NCBI GenBank assembly: GCA_043811375.1
Contig: JBDRNJ010000057.1
Span: forward strand, 3,281-67,280
Length of the DNA: 64,000 bases
From: a bacterium
GTDB taxonomy: Bacteria; Zixibacteria; MSB-5A5; GN15; FEB-12
Reading direction: 5' to 3'
The notes beneath the pieces were generated by a model, which was given only the letters and a program-made list of their open reading frames with translations, ran no database searches and had not been told where the DNA came from. How positions within the stretch are numbered: the first letter of the stretch is position 1; each line of letters starts with the position of its first letter. The position numbers and the translations under genes are program-made. Below, piece by piece: positions 51,407 to 63,400 of this stretch.

Positions 51407-51824
51407 TCAGAATCGTTATGTGAATGAAACTGAACAGCAGAAGCAGGCCTTTGAACTCTACTACCGCCTGGGCCTGAAGCGGAAATATGCCACGGTAGGG
51501 GAGAAGTTCGGCAAATCGATCAGCACCATCAAGAACTGGTCGCGTGCCTTTAACTGGCGGCAAAGGATCGAAGAGCGCGAAGCCGAACGGATGCGAGTGG
51601 TGGGGGAATCGCCCGGCTCGGATAAGCTCCAGCTTGCGAAACGGTTGCTGGCCTTCGTACAGGGGGCCCAAGGCAGCACAATGAGGGATCTGGCTGAGGG
51701 TAAGACTAAGCCTGCCGGCAGCATGTTCTGTGATGCCCTGGAGGAGAGGATAGCTCTCGAGCCGGGTTTTGATGAAAACAATCCTCTGCCTGTCTTCCCG
51801 ATCATATACGACCCTGGCAAGTAA
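51399..51824 (+). CDS. terminase-small-subunit-like HTH protein
   Basis: AFELYYRLG.KR.Y..V....GKS.STIKNWSRAFNWRQR; follows the ParB-methylase as in phage packaging modules. Confidence 0.6.
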   Translation: MNNQNRYVNETEQQKQAFELYYRLGLKRKYATVGEKFGKSISTIKNWSRAFNWRQRIEEREAERMRVVGESPGSDKLQLAKRLLAFVQGAQGSTMRDLAEGKTKPAGSMFCDALEERIALEPGFDENNPLPVFPIIYDPGK

Positions 51825-51917
51825 GCGAGTCATCCAATTATATTGCGCCGCTGGCCACTGGATCATCGTTGCGCGGCGCACGGCATGTGAACAACAGCGT
51901 AGCTGGCGGGAAAACCA

Positions 51918-52550
51918 ATGAATGACAACCGACCGACAGATGACTTCGGCCTCGCTGAAGGAGAGTCGAGTAGACGGGGCAGACAGCCAACCGGCAGGGT
52001 CGAGCTCAGTCACCATAAGCGAGCCTTTCAGTTCTACTGTGGCATGGGATCAAGACGGTCCTATCGAGCTGTGGCCCACAAGCTTGCAGTGTCGCACAGC
52101 ACTATCAAGAACTGGTCGCGGTGGTTCCGATGGCGAGACCGCCTCCAGGAATGGGAAGCCGTGCAGACCCGGCAGATGATAGAGCAGACTGATCAACATG
52201 CACAGGACAGCCTCGATGCTAAACGAAAACTCCTCGATAGGCGGCTGGCCTGGCTGGTCAAGTGCCTGACGGAGGGCAAAATCCGCTTCTCAGCTAGCAA
52301 TTTGAGGCGACTGCAATCCCTTGCGAAGCAACTGCAGCCATTGGTTGACCACTTAGAGAATCCGAGTCTACACGGGACAGTTATCACGTTCGCCTTAATT
52401 CCTGACAACAAGCGCGACCCAAGTATAACGCCCATACCGGAATCGCAACTCGATGACTTTAAAGCCAGTGTCCTGAGAGATCCCACGCTTTATTATGATT
52501 ACAATGCCAAAAAGTGGAAAACAACGTGGAGAAGAAAGCGAGAAGAGTAA
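51918..52550 (+). CDS. terminase-small-subunit-like HTH protein (paralog)
   Basis: AFQFYCGMGSRRSYRAVAHKLAVSHSTIKNWSRWFRWRDR. Confidence 0.6.
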   Translation: MNDNRPTDDFGLAEGESSRRGRQPTGRVELSHHKRAFQFYCGMGSRRSYRAVAHKLAVSHSTIKNWSRWFRWRDRLQEWEAVQTRQMIEQTDQHAQDSLDAKRKLLDRRLAWLVKCLTEGKIRFSASNLRRLQSLAKQLQPLVDHLENPSLHGTVITFALIPDNKRDPSITPIPESQLDDFKASVLRDPTLYYDYNAKKWKTTWRRKREE

Positions 52551-52561
52551 GCCGCCCGGCT

Positions 52562-52923
52562 TCACCGCCGTTTACGCTTTTCAGCCAGCGCGTTCTCATA
52601 CAAGTGCAACGTCCTCAGGGTATCGTCAATGAAGTAGTGCTGCTGGCCGCGAAACTGTGAAGCGATTTCGGACATTAGATCCGGAAACCTCCAGATAACA
52701 ATGCCGGCTTCCTTAGCCTCTTTGAACACGCCATCTTCATATCCCCATGTCACTATGACCTTCTGGTAGTTCTTTCCCTTAAAGCCGTACTCCGCGAGTG
52801 TCAGGAGGACCTCGGGAGCACCGAACTTCCGGTCGGCAAAATAGCCCAGCGTATGTTGGGAATAGTCGCCCATTTCCTGACATATCGAACGTAGGCTTCA
52901 ACTATCTTTTCGGTGGTTTCCAT
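52562..52923 (-). pseudogene. frameshifted / internally deleted hypothetical (possible PD-(D/E)XK fold)
   Basis: ATG 52923 METTEKIVEAYVRYVRKWATIPNIR is out of frame with the downstream TLGYFADRKF...KVIVTWG ORF (span 362 bp, not a multiple of 3). Confidence 0.5.
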
Positions 52924-53059
52924 ATAATCCGTTTCTCCTGTCGTATCAGATCTATGATATGCCGTATCCCGTGATCCTGGTCGTTAGCTATTATAGCGTC
53001 CTTAGTAGAGCTTCGTAAGGGGTTTTTCCATGTTCCGATTGTCGGCGTCTCGGCTGACC

Positions 53060-53218
53060 TTGAGCCCTTCCAGCACAATGCGAATCTTCTCGGAAGAGTA
53101 TTCCCGCCTTGTGTGCCGACGAATCTCCTTGACCACTGACTCCGCTTTATGTATTTCTACATATATAGAGGCAAAACTAAAACGAAATAGTCGCTGTTGA
53201 CTTTGGCAGGGGCGTATA
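53060..53218 (-). mobile_element. IS3-family left-end remnant (degenerate IRL + orfA fragment)
   Basis: AESVVKEIRRHTRREYSSEKIRIVLEGL matches IS3 OrfA; TATACGCCCCTGCCAAAGTCAACAG resembles the IR at 25353. Confidence 0.75.
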
Positions 53219-53397
53219 CGCTATCTGCTGTCCTGTGAATCTCTTCTTCTTCGCTGCGCTGTCCTCCTTCCAGGAACTGCCTACAGTGAGATCCTTAAGC
53301 TCATATCGGTCGAGTTTTCTGGAAAGTAGTCTCCAGTTTCAGAGTATATACGTGTCGTCACAAAACCTACAGCAGCGATGCCCTCTCTCCGTCCTCT

Positions 53398-56300
53398 CTA
53401 TTTTGCCGGGAATTCACCCGACTTATCGAGATTCCACGCGTCATTCCCTGAACTAACAGGAAAGGCCGAACCGTTCACTTTAAGAAAGCCTACGTCATAG
53501 TCAACGACAGATGTCCCATCCATCTCATTGCTTTCATGTATCCACAGCTCGAGGATTTCAGCTATCGTAGGTGCAACATCAATGATGCGCACGTTGTCCA
53601 CAACGTAGTGGCTCTTGAGTAGGTGGCTGAACAGCACAAAAGTGTTGCGTGTCGTATAGAGAAATCCGTGGTGGCCAGCTTGCGGGTGAGCTTGGTTAAA
53701 GGGCTGCGGCAAATTGATCTCGGGAAGTTCAAAGAATGGTATATAGTCGACCCATTCTGGAAAGTAGTCACCGACATCGATTGGATAGGAATCCGGCTTT
53801 GGGGGACTTCCGAATTTCTCTTTGCCGTCTGCGGACGCAACCAGCAGAACGTCGGGAAACGATTCACTGTCTACGGCACCCTTGACGAGCATGCCCAGTC
53901 TCTTGTCGGGCACAGCGAGAGCATCCTGTACGACCGCATTGCCCCATTTGTCCAGCGTAATCAGTGAGACATTGGTTGTTTTCACCCATTTGTCCTGAAC
54001 TGTGACCCACTCACGACGCAATGCGAAGAGAATTCTGCCCTCGGCATACTCCATCAGACGCTCGACTGTTTCCTGTGAATACCACCCGTACAGGCACGCC
54101 GTCCCGCCGTCACGCTCCTGTCTGTAGTACGGCGAGCCTGTGAATCTCTCGAATTCAGCTCGTACTTGCGTCGGACTAGCTTCACTTACGTCTAACCCGA
54201 AATGCTGAGAGGGAAACCACACTTTGAATTGGTCGATTTTGTCTTGCCCCCCCAGGTACTGGCCCAAGTCCTCGAGCATCCTGTCGGGCCAGCCGGCCCA
54301 TTCCCAAATGTAGTCCCACTCTATATAGTTGCCGTCGGAGTAGGCTGCGGCATTACTGCCGGGATCAATCTCTGTCAGAGAGTGGTCGGATACAACCAGG
54401 ACGTTCAATCGTCTCCGGACGGATTCTGGGATCGCAAGGTATAGATCGTGAAGATCAGAGTCTATCTTGTTCAGGATGTCCCAGGGATTTACGTAGTTCC
54501 CGTGTTCACCGGAGGGGCCGCCGAGATGTGCTGCTGCGTCGATGGCAGAACAGTAGATTGTCATCAGGTTTGGAAGGCCTACCCCCTCTTTCCTCCATTC
54601 CCATATATCGGATTTGGCATTACTGAACGCCACTTCATCTAAGTGTTTGTAGTAGACAGCGGGGTTGTTGTTTCCGCCCACCAGCCTATAAGCGTAGTCG
54701 TCGATAGCCGGGACCGTCCATCCGTCGTACAGATCGTTGCTTGACCAGAATTCCTCGGGGTAGTCCGGTCCGGGGTGTCTTGCTCCGATACTGAAAAAGT
54801 GATTGTAGACATGGCTGCTCTTACGGTTGTTCAGAACGTGTTGGTAGATCGTCTTGACATCTCTCTTATGAAGGTAGTGGTCCAGCGTACCGCTACCGGA
54901 ACATATGTGTTGAGTGCCATTGATTGCACCGAACCACGGCGCTCCGTCGTCAAAGTGATCCCAGAATCCCATGATACCCAGCATTATTGCGGGATCGGCC
55001 CAATTGCGCGCTACCAGACCCGTATTATCTCCCACCTTAGGCCATTCATAGTACCGGGTCGAGATGATTCCGGTACGATCCTGCCACATGCCAGTGACGA
55101 GACTGGCCATGTTGGAAATTGTGTGGGAGGGGAAGACTCCCTGAGAGTTTCTTGCAACGATACGACCTCGTCCCTCGGACACGAGCCAGAAGCCACTTTT
55201 GTTGTTGTTCTGGTGTTTATCCAGATACTCCATGAAGTGGTCGGGATGCAGGCCGTCTATTATCAGCAATAAGAGGTATTCCTGGTGGCACACCCGTACC
55301 TCCAGTGCTTCCGCACCGAGACACCCGTTCAGGGATTGAGCGATGGTCAGAACGTCACCATTATTCAAGGACCGGATCAACCCCACTTCTGGAGGCCAAT
55401 AGGCACCAAGCAGTTCGCCACCCTCGTCGCGGACTATGATCCTTGCACCGGGAACTGACTTTGTGATGAAGATACGGTAGTCGCCCGGTTCGGGAAGCAT
55501 GATCTCAGGCGCCTTCATCTCCGAGCAATCCAGGGTCGTGAAGGTCAATGGGGGACCAGTGCTCCCGGGGCACAGCATCTGGTCAAGCTCGTAACTGCCT
55601 GTGACAAGGTCTGTGTTAGGGAACGTAAACCATGATTCGGTGGTTGACATTTGTGCCTTACTCACGAATTCGAGCTGTCCCGTCCCCGGATCGGCTCTCT
55701 TCAACGTGACCACTGCGCCGGGAACGAGACCAGATAGTCTTACCGCCGCCTGGCCCTCGTACACCTCTTCGTGTTCGAGAACTGGTTCCGGCAACTTGGG
55801 ATACGGGTATGGCACTATGTCGGCCCACTCCGTCTCCGGACCAGGGTCGCCGCATATCGTCGTGCGCACCTGAGAGCGCATCCCGAGTTGGTAGGACCAA
55901 TACACCTCATCGAACGGCGTCGACCAGGATTCGTTCCAATAGTGGACGTCCTGCTGGATAGTCTGCCTGTTTTCCTCGAAGTCCCCGTAATCGTCATGGG
56001 TCGCTTTCAGCCACCACTCGCGATCCGCATTGGGTGAACAGTTCTTGATTCTTGCAGCTTGACCGCATTCATAGAGTGGGTACTCGAACCTGGGCGTTGG
56101 GCGACCGTTTGGGTAGACTTCGGAAGTTGTGTTAACCTTCCCCCAATTCGACGTGAAGTTACCCGATTCAATCTGTACTTCCGCTCGAATCCACTGGCCC
56201 GGCACCAGCGGAGGAACCTCCAACCGGTGAAAACGCTGATACTGTACATCCGGTAGGGAGGACAAAATATCAAAAGCTGAACCATCTGGAGGTGGACTCT

Positions 56301-56631
56301 CACTGGTGGAAGAACTGCGCTGTACGAATACATCGGCACCAGGGATGGCACCTGAGACCAACACGTACCTCTGGCACTCCATCAAAGGTCCTATACGCAC
56401 CGACGGTTCTGATGTGAACGTCAAATCGTCCCGGAAGTCGTCGGGAAGTGGAATGGTGCGGATGAATTCCCCTTCAGGTTCACTGTTGGATGGGTCTTGT
56501 CCGTAGCAATCAAACCATGGAAAGGCGGCGGCCACAATGGCAACTGCCAGCAGAAGCCCTCGGCCTCGCAGGCGGATTGCGGACACTTGAATAGGATCAG
56601 ACAGACACTTGGAATGCACTTGGGATATCAT
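53398..56631 (-). CDS. secreted nucleotide pyrophosphatase/phosphodiesterase (alkaline phosphatase superfamily) with repeated Ig-like domains
   Basis: Signal peptide; repeated ..PGA.V.V modules; IIDGL, FPSHT nucleophile, DAAAH.GP, VSDHS, HHG and IIDVAPT motifs. Confidence 0.85.
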   Translation of the reverse strand: MISQVHSKCLSDPIQVSAIRLRGRGLLLAVAIVAAAFPWFDCYGQDPSNSEPEGEFIRTIPLPDDFRDDLTFTSEPSVRIGPLMECQRYVLVSGAIPGADVFVQRSSSTSESPPPDGSAFDILSSLPDVQYQRFHRLEVPPLVPGQWIRAEVQIESGNFTSNWGKVNTTSEVYPNGRPTPRFEYPLYECGQAARIKNCSPNADREWWLKATHDDYGDFEENRQTIQQDVHYWNESWSTPFDEVYWSYQLGMRSQVRTTICGDPGPETEWADIVPYPYPKLPEPVLEHEEVYEGQAAVRLSGLVPGAVVTLKRADPGTGQLEFVSKAQMSTTESWFTFPNTDLVTGSYELDQMLCPGSTGPPLTFTTLDCSEMKAPEIMLPEPGDYRIFITKSVPGARIIVRDEGGELLGAYWPPEVGLIRSLNNGDVLTIAQSLNGCLGAEALEVRVCHQEYLLLLIIDGLHPDHFMEYLDKHQNNNKSGFWLVSEGRGRIVARNSQGVFPSHTISNMASLVTGMWQDRTGIISTRYYEWPKVGDNTGLVARNWADPAIMLGIMGFWDHFDDGAPWFGAINGTQHICSGSGTLDHYLHKRDVKTIYQHVLNNRKSSHVYNHFFSIGARHPGPDYPEEFWSSNDLYDGWTVPAIDDYAYRLVGGNNNPAVYYKHLDEVAFSNAKSDIWEWRKEGVGLPNLMTIYCSAIDAAAHLGGPSGEHGNYVNPWDILNKIDSDLHDLYLAIPESVRRRLNVLVVSDHSLTEIDPGSNAAAYSDGNYIEWDYIWEWAGWPDRMLEDLGQYLGGQDKIDQFKVWFPSQHFGLDVSEASPTQVRAEFERFTGSPYYRQERDGGTACLYGWYSQETVERLMEYAEGRILFALRREWVTVQDKWVKTTNVSLITLDKWGNAVVQDALAVPDKRLGMLVKGAVDSESFPDVLLVASADGKEKFGSPPKPDSYPIDVGDYFPEWVDYIPFFELPEINLPQPFNQAHPQAGHHGFLYTTRNTFVLFSHLLKSHYVVDNVRIIDVAPTIAEILELWIHESNEMDGTSVVDYDVGFLKVNGSAFPVSSGNDAWNLDKSGEFPAK

Positions 56632-56683
56632 CTCTTCCTCCTCCAATTTGAGAGTACAATCTCTTAGGCTGAAATGACCTCAT

Positions 56684-56830
56684 TGTACGTCTTCAAACAA
56701 TCCGGACAATTGTAGCTAGAATCTAAGACACAGTTTGTCTGATGGCAAGGGCCTTTTTGTAGTCTCGTTTCCTCATTTTCATAGTTCATACTTTGATTCG
56801 ATTTCTTTCTTGAAGTATCCGCGCAGCAGT
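56684..56830 (-). mobile_element. IS3-family right-end remnant (OrfB C-terminus + IRR)
   Basis: Minus-strand ARILQERNRIKV*TMKMRKRDY, then IR TGTACGTCTTCAAACAATCCGGACA (56684-56708). Confidence 0.75.
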
Positions 56831-57493
56831 TGACCAATGTGGTAGATTGGTGTAGACATCACTGACAGTTTCTGTCAGTGACGCGCATATCTGATCTTGT
56901 TGACGCCACTGTCCCATAATGGCTTTTTCTCTTCCAGTATCAGGGTGAGGGTCTCAGTGAACATCGGAGGGCAAGTACCCGTTCGCCCCATGCATATTGT
57001 GGCGATGAGTCAAGTCTAACGCCCCCGCCAAGGGAAATCGAGCCGAAATATTGGGCCGGATCTATCTGAAATCACGACTACATAGATGCCCTTTGTTAGG
57101 GAAGATACGGCAGCGGGTGACAACGGAGAGGAGATCTGATTCCATTCGTATCTGATGTCGGCGATTACTTTTGCAGTATTCGGGAATATCGTGATCCAGA
57201 TTGTGCTTGACACACGCCGGGCAATGAAGTAGACTCCCTTAACTGTCATCATTGCACGACTTCTAGCAGGAAACACATGCAACCGGGGACCGAAGCAATC
57301 GCATAGTTGTGGGCGCGCGGTGCCTACGAGGAGTGGGAAAGGCTGCTATCCAAAACGATGCCAGGTCGCCTCAGACCTTGCATGGGGCAAGGCATGGCGC
57401 GCAGAGTGTACTCTATTTGAGGAGGGACTATTGTGGAGTCAGGATTATTCAGGGATAACCCTATTTTGACAGATCAATCTGCAGGGAGAACGT

Positions 57494-60400
57494 ATGGTGT
57501 GTAGTCTACCAAAGTTCGCAAATAGGTGTTCGATAGTGCCTATATGTACGGTGCTTCTGTTCCTTATTCTCTCGATATCTATAGCCTTCGCTGTTACTTC
57601 CGGGCCGGATGATCCGAACATACAATCGATATCTGCTGTGGATGTCGACCAGTATGTGGACCTGTACACTGGTGATCTGAACTACAAAATCCCTCTGTTT
57701 GATTTGCAGGGCCCAAATGGAAATTACCCCTTTGTGCTTACGTACAGTTCAAACATAACCATGGACCAGGAAGCTAGTTGGGTGGGTCTCGGCTGGAGCC
57801 TTAGTGCAGGTGCTATCAGCCGACAGATGCGTGGGCTTGCTGATGACTGGAATGGGGCACGAGTTAGGAAAGTGCGCGACGTCAAGCCCAACTACACGTG
57901 GGGCGTATCAGCGGGGGGGAGTCTAGAGTTAATCGGTGCGGACAACAAGAAAGGAGGCAAACTCTCGGGCAGTGCCGGCATCACGGCTTACTACAACAAC
58001 TACAAGGGTTGGGGGCAGAGCAGGGACATTGGATTCGGTTACAAAAATGTGGGAGGAACCTCGCTCACTGCGGGATTGGGGCTGAAGCTGGACACACAGG
58101 GCGGCTTGACTCTAAGCCCATCGTTGGGACTCGGCTGGTCACTGGAGCGCAAGGAATCTGAGTTCCAGGTCGGTGCAAGTGCCTCAGCTGCCTTCAATTC
58201 CCGACAAGGGTTGTCTTCTCTCTCTCTTGGCTACTCGGGGAAAGTCGTCAAGACAAAGCCAACAGGTGACCAAGGTAAACGCAGTCCAACTGACATTATG
58301 GGCCTTGCTGGACAAAGTACGCTTTCGTTTGCCCGATCCGCATATGTGCCGTACTACGAAATGCCCATGACTGGATGGAATGTATCGGCGACGTTCAAAT
58401 TGGGAGGCGAATTTCTCGGTGTTCACCCTAACCTCTACATCCGAGGATTCTACAACCGCCAGTGGCTGAAAAACCGAGCTAAGGTGACGGCCAAGAGCGC
58501 ATTTGGCTATCTGCATCTTGAGGGTTTCGGCACCTCTGAAACCAGTGGCAGAATCATGGATATCAATCGCGAGCACGATGGGATGATACGTAAGGAGTCC
58601 CCCAACCTGCCGATACCCTCTCTCACACACGACATTTACACCGTAACCGGAACAGGAATGAGCGGGGCTTTTCGACCGTACCGCAGAGAGATCGGAGTGG
58701 TCTATGACCCGGAAGTGAAGTCAAGCATAACCGGTGGCGGCCTAGGTGTGGAAATCGGTGGTGGAAATGCGGTTCACGTAGGGATTGACGGAAGCCTGAA
58801 TCACTCGGTGTCAGAAAGTAAGCCCTGGCTGGATCCCACACTCAGCGAAATATACAAGTTCAAAGGGGCAATGGGCGAGAGTGCCCAATTCAAACCCTAT
58901 TACTTCCGATTCCTCGGGGAGCACACGGCACAGGATACATCCGTTCTATCCCACGTAGGGGGAGAACGCGCGGTTCGTGCCGAGTTGGCCACGAGCGGTC
59001 TGAGCGAAATCGTTGATGAAGCAGTCGACCTTGACTTTGAACTCTTTTCCCCTACTGGACAGCTGACTGACGCTTACGGCATTGCCACACCAGCAGCCCA
59101 GACAGAGTCTGACGCAGCTGAACCGAGGTCACGGCTCATTCAGAGTTTCTCAAATGCGGACCTCATAGATGCTGATGCCTTCACCAACCAGCACCTGCAC
59201 GTCACATTCTACGACGTCAACGAAGACGCGCATGTTCTCGAACGATCTGGGAGAGACCATGATGATATTGCTGCTTTTGTCATTACGGGCACCGACGGTG
59301 TGCGTTATATCTATGCACTTCCGGTGTACAATAATGAACATGTGGAATACGTGTTTAGTGTCGAAGCTACCGGCCACGAATGTGAACCGACCTATCCACT
59401 CTCGCAACTCGGCGGATCACCTGGCTCCGAGTATTATAAGGTCAGCAACTCGGAGGAGTATTACCGCCGCACAGAACTTCCTCCGTACGTGTACTCCTAC
59501 CTTCTGACTGCAATAGTCGGACCAGACTATGTCGACGCTGATAATATTCCCGGGGCATCGGCAGGCGACTTCGGTCATTGGGTGAAATTCACATACACGA
59601 AGTGGGAAGAGGACTACAAATGGCGGGCACCGTTTGTGGACGCGAACTTCAATCCGGGGATGCAAACGCCGCGCGATGATAAAGCATCGTTTATGTATGG
59701 AAGCCGACAAGTATACTGTCTTCGAACAGCAGAAACAAAGACCCAGATCGCGCAGTTTTTTGTGAGCGAACGTCGAGACGCCCGAGGTGCGGTCGATTCA
59801 ATGCAAACTGCTAATAGTAGCAGTTGTTTAGGGGCATCGTTGTTTCAGCTTGACAAGGTATCCCTCTTTTCGCGAAATAGTCGGCTCATTCACTCAAGTG
59901 AAGATGAGGTCAATGAACTACCACTGAAAACAGTCCATTTTCGCTATAGAAATGAGTTGTGTCGCGAATTGCCAAATGGTCAGCCGTCGAGTGGATACAC
60001 CCAGGTGGATGACACAGTCTCGGGAAAGCTGACTCTCAAGAGGCTCTGGTTCACTCATGAAAGAAGCACGAGGGGGAGCTTATCGCCATATGTCTTTGAC
60101 TACGATTATGCAGATCCAGACAGGAATCCCAGGTACGAAAGTCATCACCAAGATGCATGGGGCAGCTATAAACCATGCCTTGACAACTACAAATGTTGGC
60201 AGATGGACGTCGCATCGCCGCATCAGATTGATGGCTCAGGCAGTTTTGATCTAGGGGCACTAAACGCTCATGCCACGGCGTGGCGTCTTCGTGCGATTCA
60301 TCTTCCGTCGGGTGGATCGCTCCATATCGACTACGAGTCGGATACTTACTCTCATGTGCAGAATAAGCCTGCAACGTATATGGCACGGATTATTGACCCT

Positions 60401-63400
60401 GACGGCAACGGAAAGATCGGGAGTTTTGAGGATTGGCAGGTAGTATTTCCTCTGGTTCAGCCAATTTCAAAATCTACCTCTCAGGAAGCACTCGCCGAGC
60501 TTCTGCAAAGATACGCACGGAAACATGAACAGGTGTACTTCAAGGCACACATGTATCTCAAGGATCACTCACAATCAATATCGGATATCGTAGCCGGGTT
60601 TGCTCGAGTGGATAATGTAGATGTTCTGGATGCACCCGGGCCTGGCCCGTACACGCATGGTGTTATTACGGTTAGATCTGATAATGGAAAGCGAGATCAC
60701 CACCCGATAACGGAGGCTGCGCTCCAACATCTATTACTGAACCGCCCTGAAGATATCTACACTCCACTGTCTTTTGATCCTGATGCAGGATGGGATGATC
60801 ACGCCCTGATGATCCCTTCGCTGGTCGGTTATGCACTAAGCGAGATCGTCAGCGCAATTGACGGGTACTATGACAACGCAACAAGAAAAGGCTGGGGTCA
60901 GGAGTTCGACCAGGATCGTTCCTGGATTAGACTGAGGTATCCCTACGGACGCAAATTCGGCGGTGGTTGTCGTGTTAGTCGATTGACGCTGGTGGACAAT
61001 TGGGGTGCTGCAACGGATAGCTCGGAGCCATCCTCCGAGTATGGCTTTGCTTACCTATACGATAACGAGGATGGTAGCAGCAGCGGCGTTACCACATTTG
61101 AGCCGATGGTAATGCATGAAGAAAACCCACTGCGCATGGCCAAAACCTACACCCAGTCAGTCCCGCTTGGTTCAGATTATAATCTGTTCTTCCCGTATCC
61201 AATCAATACAGGCTACATGCCTGGCCCGATGGTAGGCTATCAAAAGGTGAGGGTACGCTCCCTTGCAACACAAGGGGTAGTCGATGGGAGGATTCCGGCG
61301 AGTGTTCGCACTACGGGTGAGACGCGCCACCGCTTTTTCACATCGAGGGATTTCCCGGTACAGACGGAAGAGACAGCGATCCAGAAGAAATTCTTCGATC
61401 TGTGGGTGCCGTTATTGTTCTTCGGTGAAATTACGATCCACAATATGACAGCGAGTCAGGGGTATGCAATAACTCTCAATGATATGGCTGGCAAACTAAA
61501 GGAACTGTCACACTTTGGAGTGGACACTTCCGGTCAGGTAGAAACAAACGCAACAAGCTGGACCAGGTACAACTACAATGCTCGCCCGATTCGCCTCAAG
61601 AACAACGTAGTTATGTACCAGGTTGAGGATGCCCTGAACGTCTTCGATTCTATCGGTCCATCCTCAGAGAAGCGTGTTGGCTTAGACTATGAGTTCTTCT
61701 TGGATATGAGACATAGCAGGAGCGAGGCCATTCAGGGGGGTGTCAACCTCAACCTGGATTTTGGCATGGCTGGGCCAATCCCCATCGTTCTTGTTGGACC
61801 CTTCGCTAATATCGGGTGGTCTTTGAATCAGATGCAGACGGTAGTAGCCAACAAGATAATCCACAAAGCCGGTGTTTTGACTGGTGTTGAATCCTTCGAT
61901 GGACAGACACTCAGCCGCACCGATTACCACGCGTTTGATGCTATCACCGGTCAACCTCTGCTCACGTCGAGGAGCAACCGTTTTGGTGATCCAGTCTACA
62001 GTCTCACTATTCCTGCACATTGGCCGTATGCGGGTATGGGAAACCCAAATCGAAAGATAGATCTCCGATTTGAGGCTGATCTCGGGCCATGTAACGGTGA
62101 GGGCGAGTACTGTTTTGATCCACCTGCTGGCCTTGATCTTCTTGGAACCGGCGACGAGCTGATGGTAAGGGGCCAAGACGCGAGTGCCAGAGCAACAGTA
62201 GTGCAAGATGGAGATATACTGAAGGTAGTCAGTGGCTCAGGTGAGGCACCAACGGGCCGGGTTACAATCATCATGCTAAGGCCTGCAGAAAGAAACATGT
62301 TGTCCGCCAATGCTGGTGTGATTGAGGCTCTGGAAAATCCCGAAGTCGCTTTGAGACAGGGACGACAAGATATCTGCAGGGAGACAATCTATTATATGTG
62401 CGACTCCTGTGAAGTCTCACATTGGGTGCCATTTGTAACCCCTTGTGCCCACGCTGTTGTCAGACTGTTGGATAGTCTGTGCCGCACTGAAGCCGGCGGT
62501 AGAAGAGATCTGCGGCGCACCTTGGTAAACGATCCACTGGTGTCCATAAACGAGCTGTGCGGAAGACAAATCCAGGATATTCCCTGGGAGTACTGTGTTC
62601 CCTACAATCGCTCGACCTTGAGCGACACTGCAGTGCACTTATTCGTGCGGGGTGACGAACTCGAAAAATGCGGTGTAACTTTCTTAAGTGCCAGCGGAGA
62701 CCCTATTGCGATCCGGAGTATTGTGTCAGTTAGCAACCCGACATACTTGGAGCAGCATCCGGCAAAAATCCAATGCGATAACCGAACTGGCTATGACTTT
62801 GCCAATATCTCTGTAGATATCTGGCAAAAAGGTCAATACAAACCTGCCATTGCGTATCTCTTCTCCTCCTGTGGCTTCTGGACGGCGGAGTGTTTGAGCA
62901 CTGAGTGGGTTTACCAAGAGTGCCGTTGGGATACAAGTTATGTTCTCCAGCTGTTTGACAAGGTCTTGAACATGAGTGCAACGACCTACAACCAATCATG
63001 GCTGCATGATATGGCGAACGTCAGATTTCCCGGATCGGCCGAGTATGCAGAGGAAACGTGGAACCGACTATTGGGTCTCCACCCATACTACCGCGGGGAC
63101 CTGGGTATATGGCGGCCCGCCGCCTCATACGAATTCCTGGAAGAACGTAAACAGAGCTTCTCCGATCCCAATCTCAGGGTCGACGGTACTGTCGACAACG
63201 CGGTTATGTTCCAGTGGAACAACGCGGCCTTCTTGGATTGTGCGCCACAGTGGCTACGTGTCGATACGACAACACAATATAGCCCATGCAACTTTGCTAT
63301 TGAGAGCCGTGACATTCTGGATATCCCGTCGTCGGCTCTGTTTGGCCACAACAATTCACTGCTCACAGCCCTTGCTGTCGATGCTGAGTCCGAGGAAATA

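Noticed and set aside
56859-56881. Perfect hairpin TCACTGACAG-TTT-CTGTCAGTGA
   Set aside because: Adjoins a decayed IS region, has no U-tract and no assignable function
57260-57480. Possible riboswitch before the giant ORF
   Set aside because: No convincing match to c-di-GMP or other consensus motifs by eye
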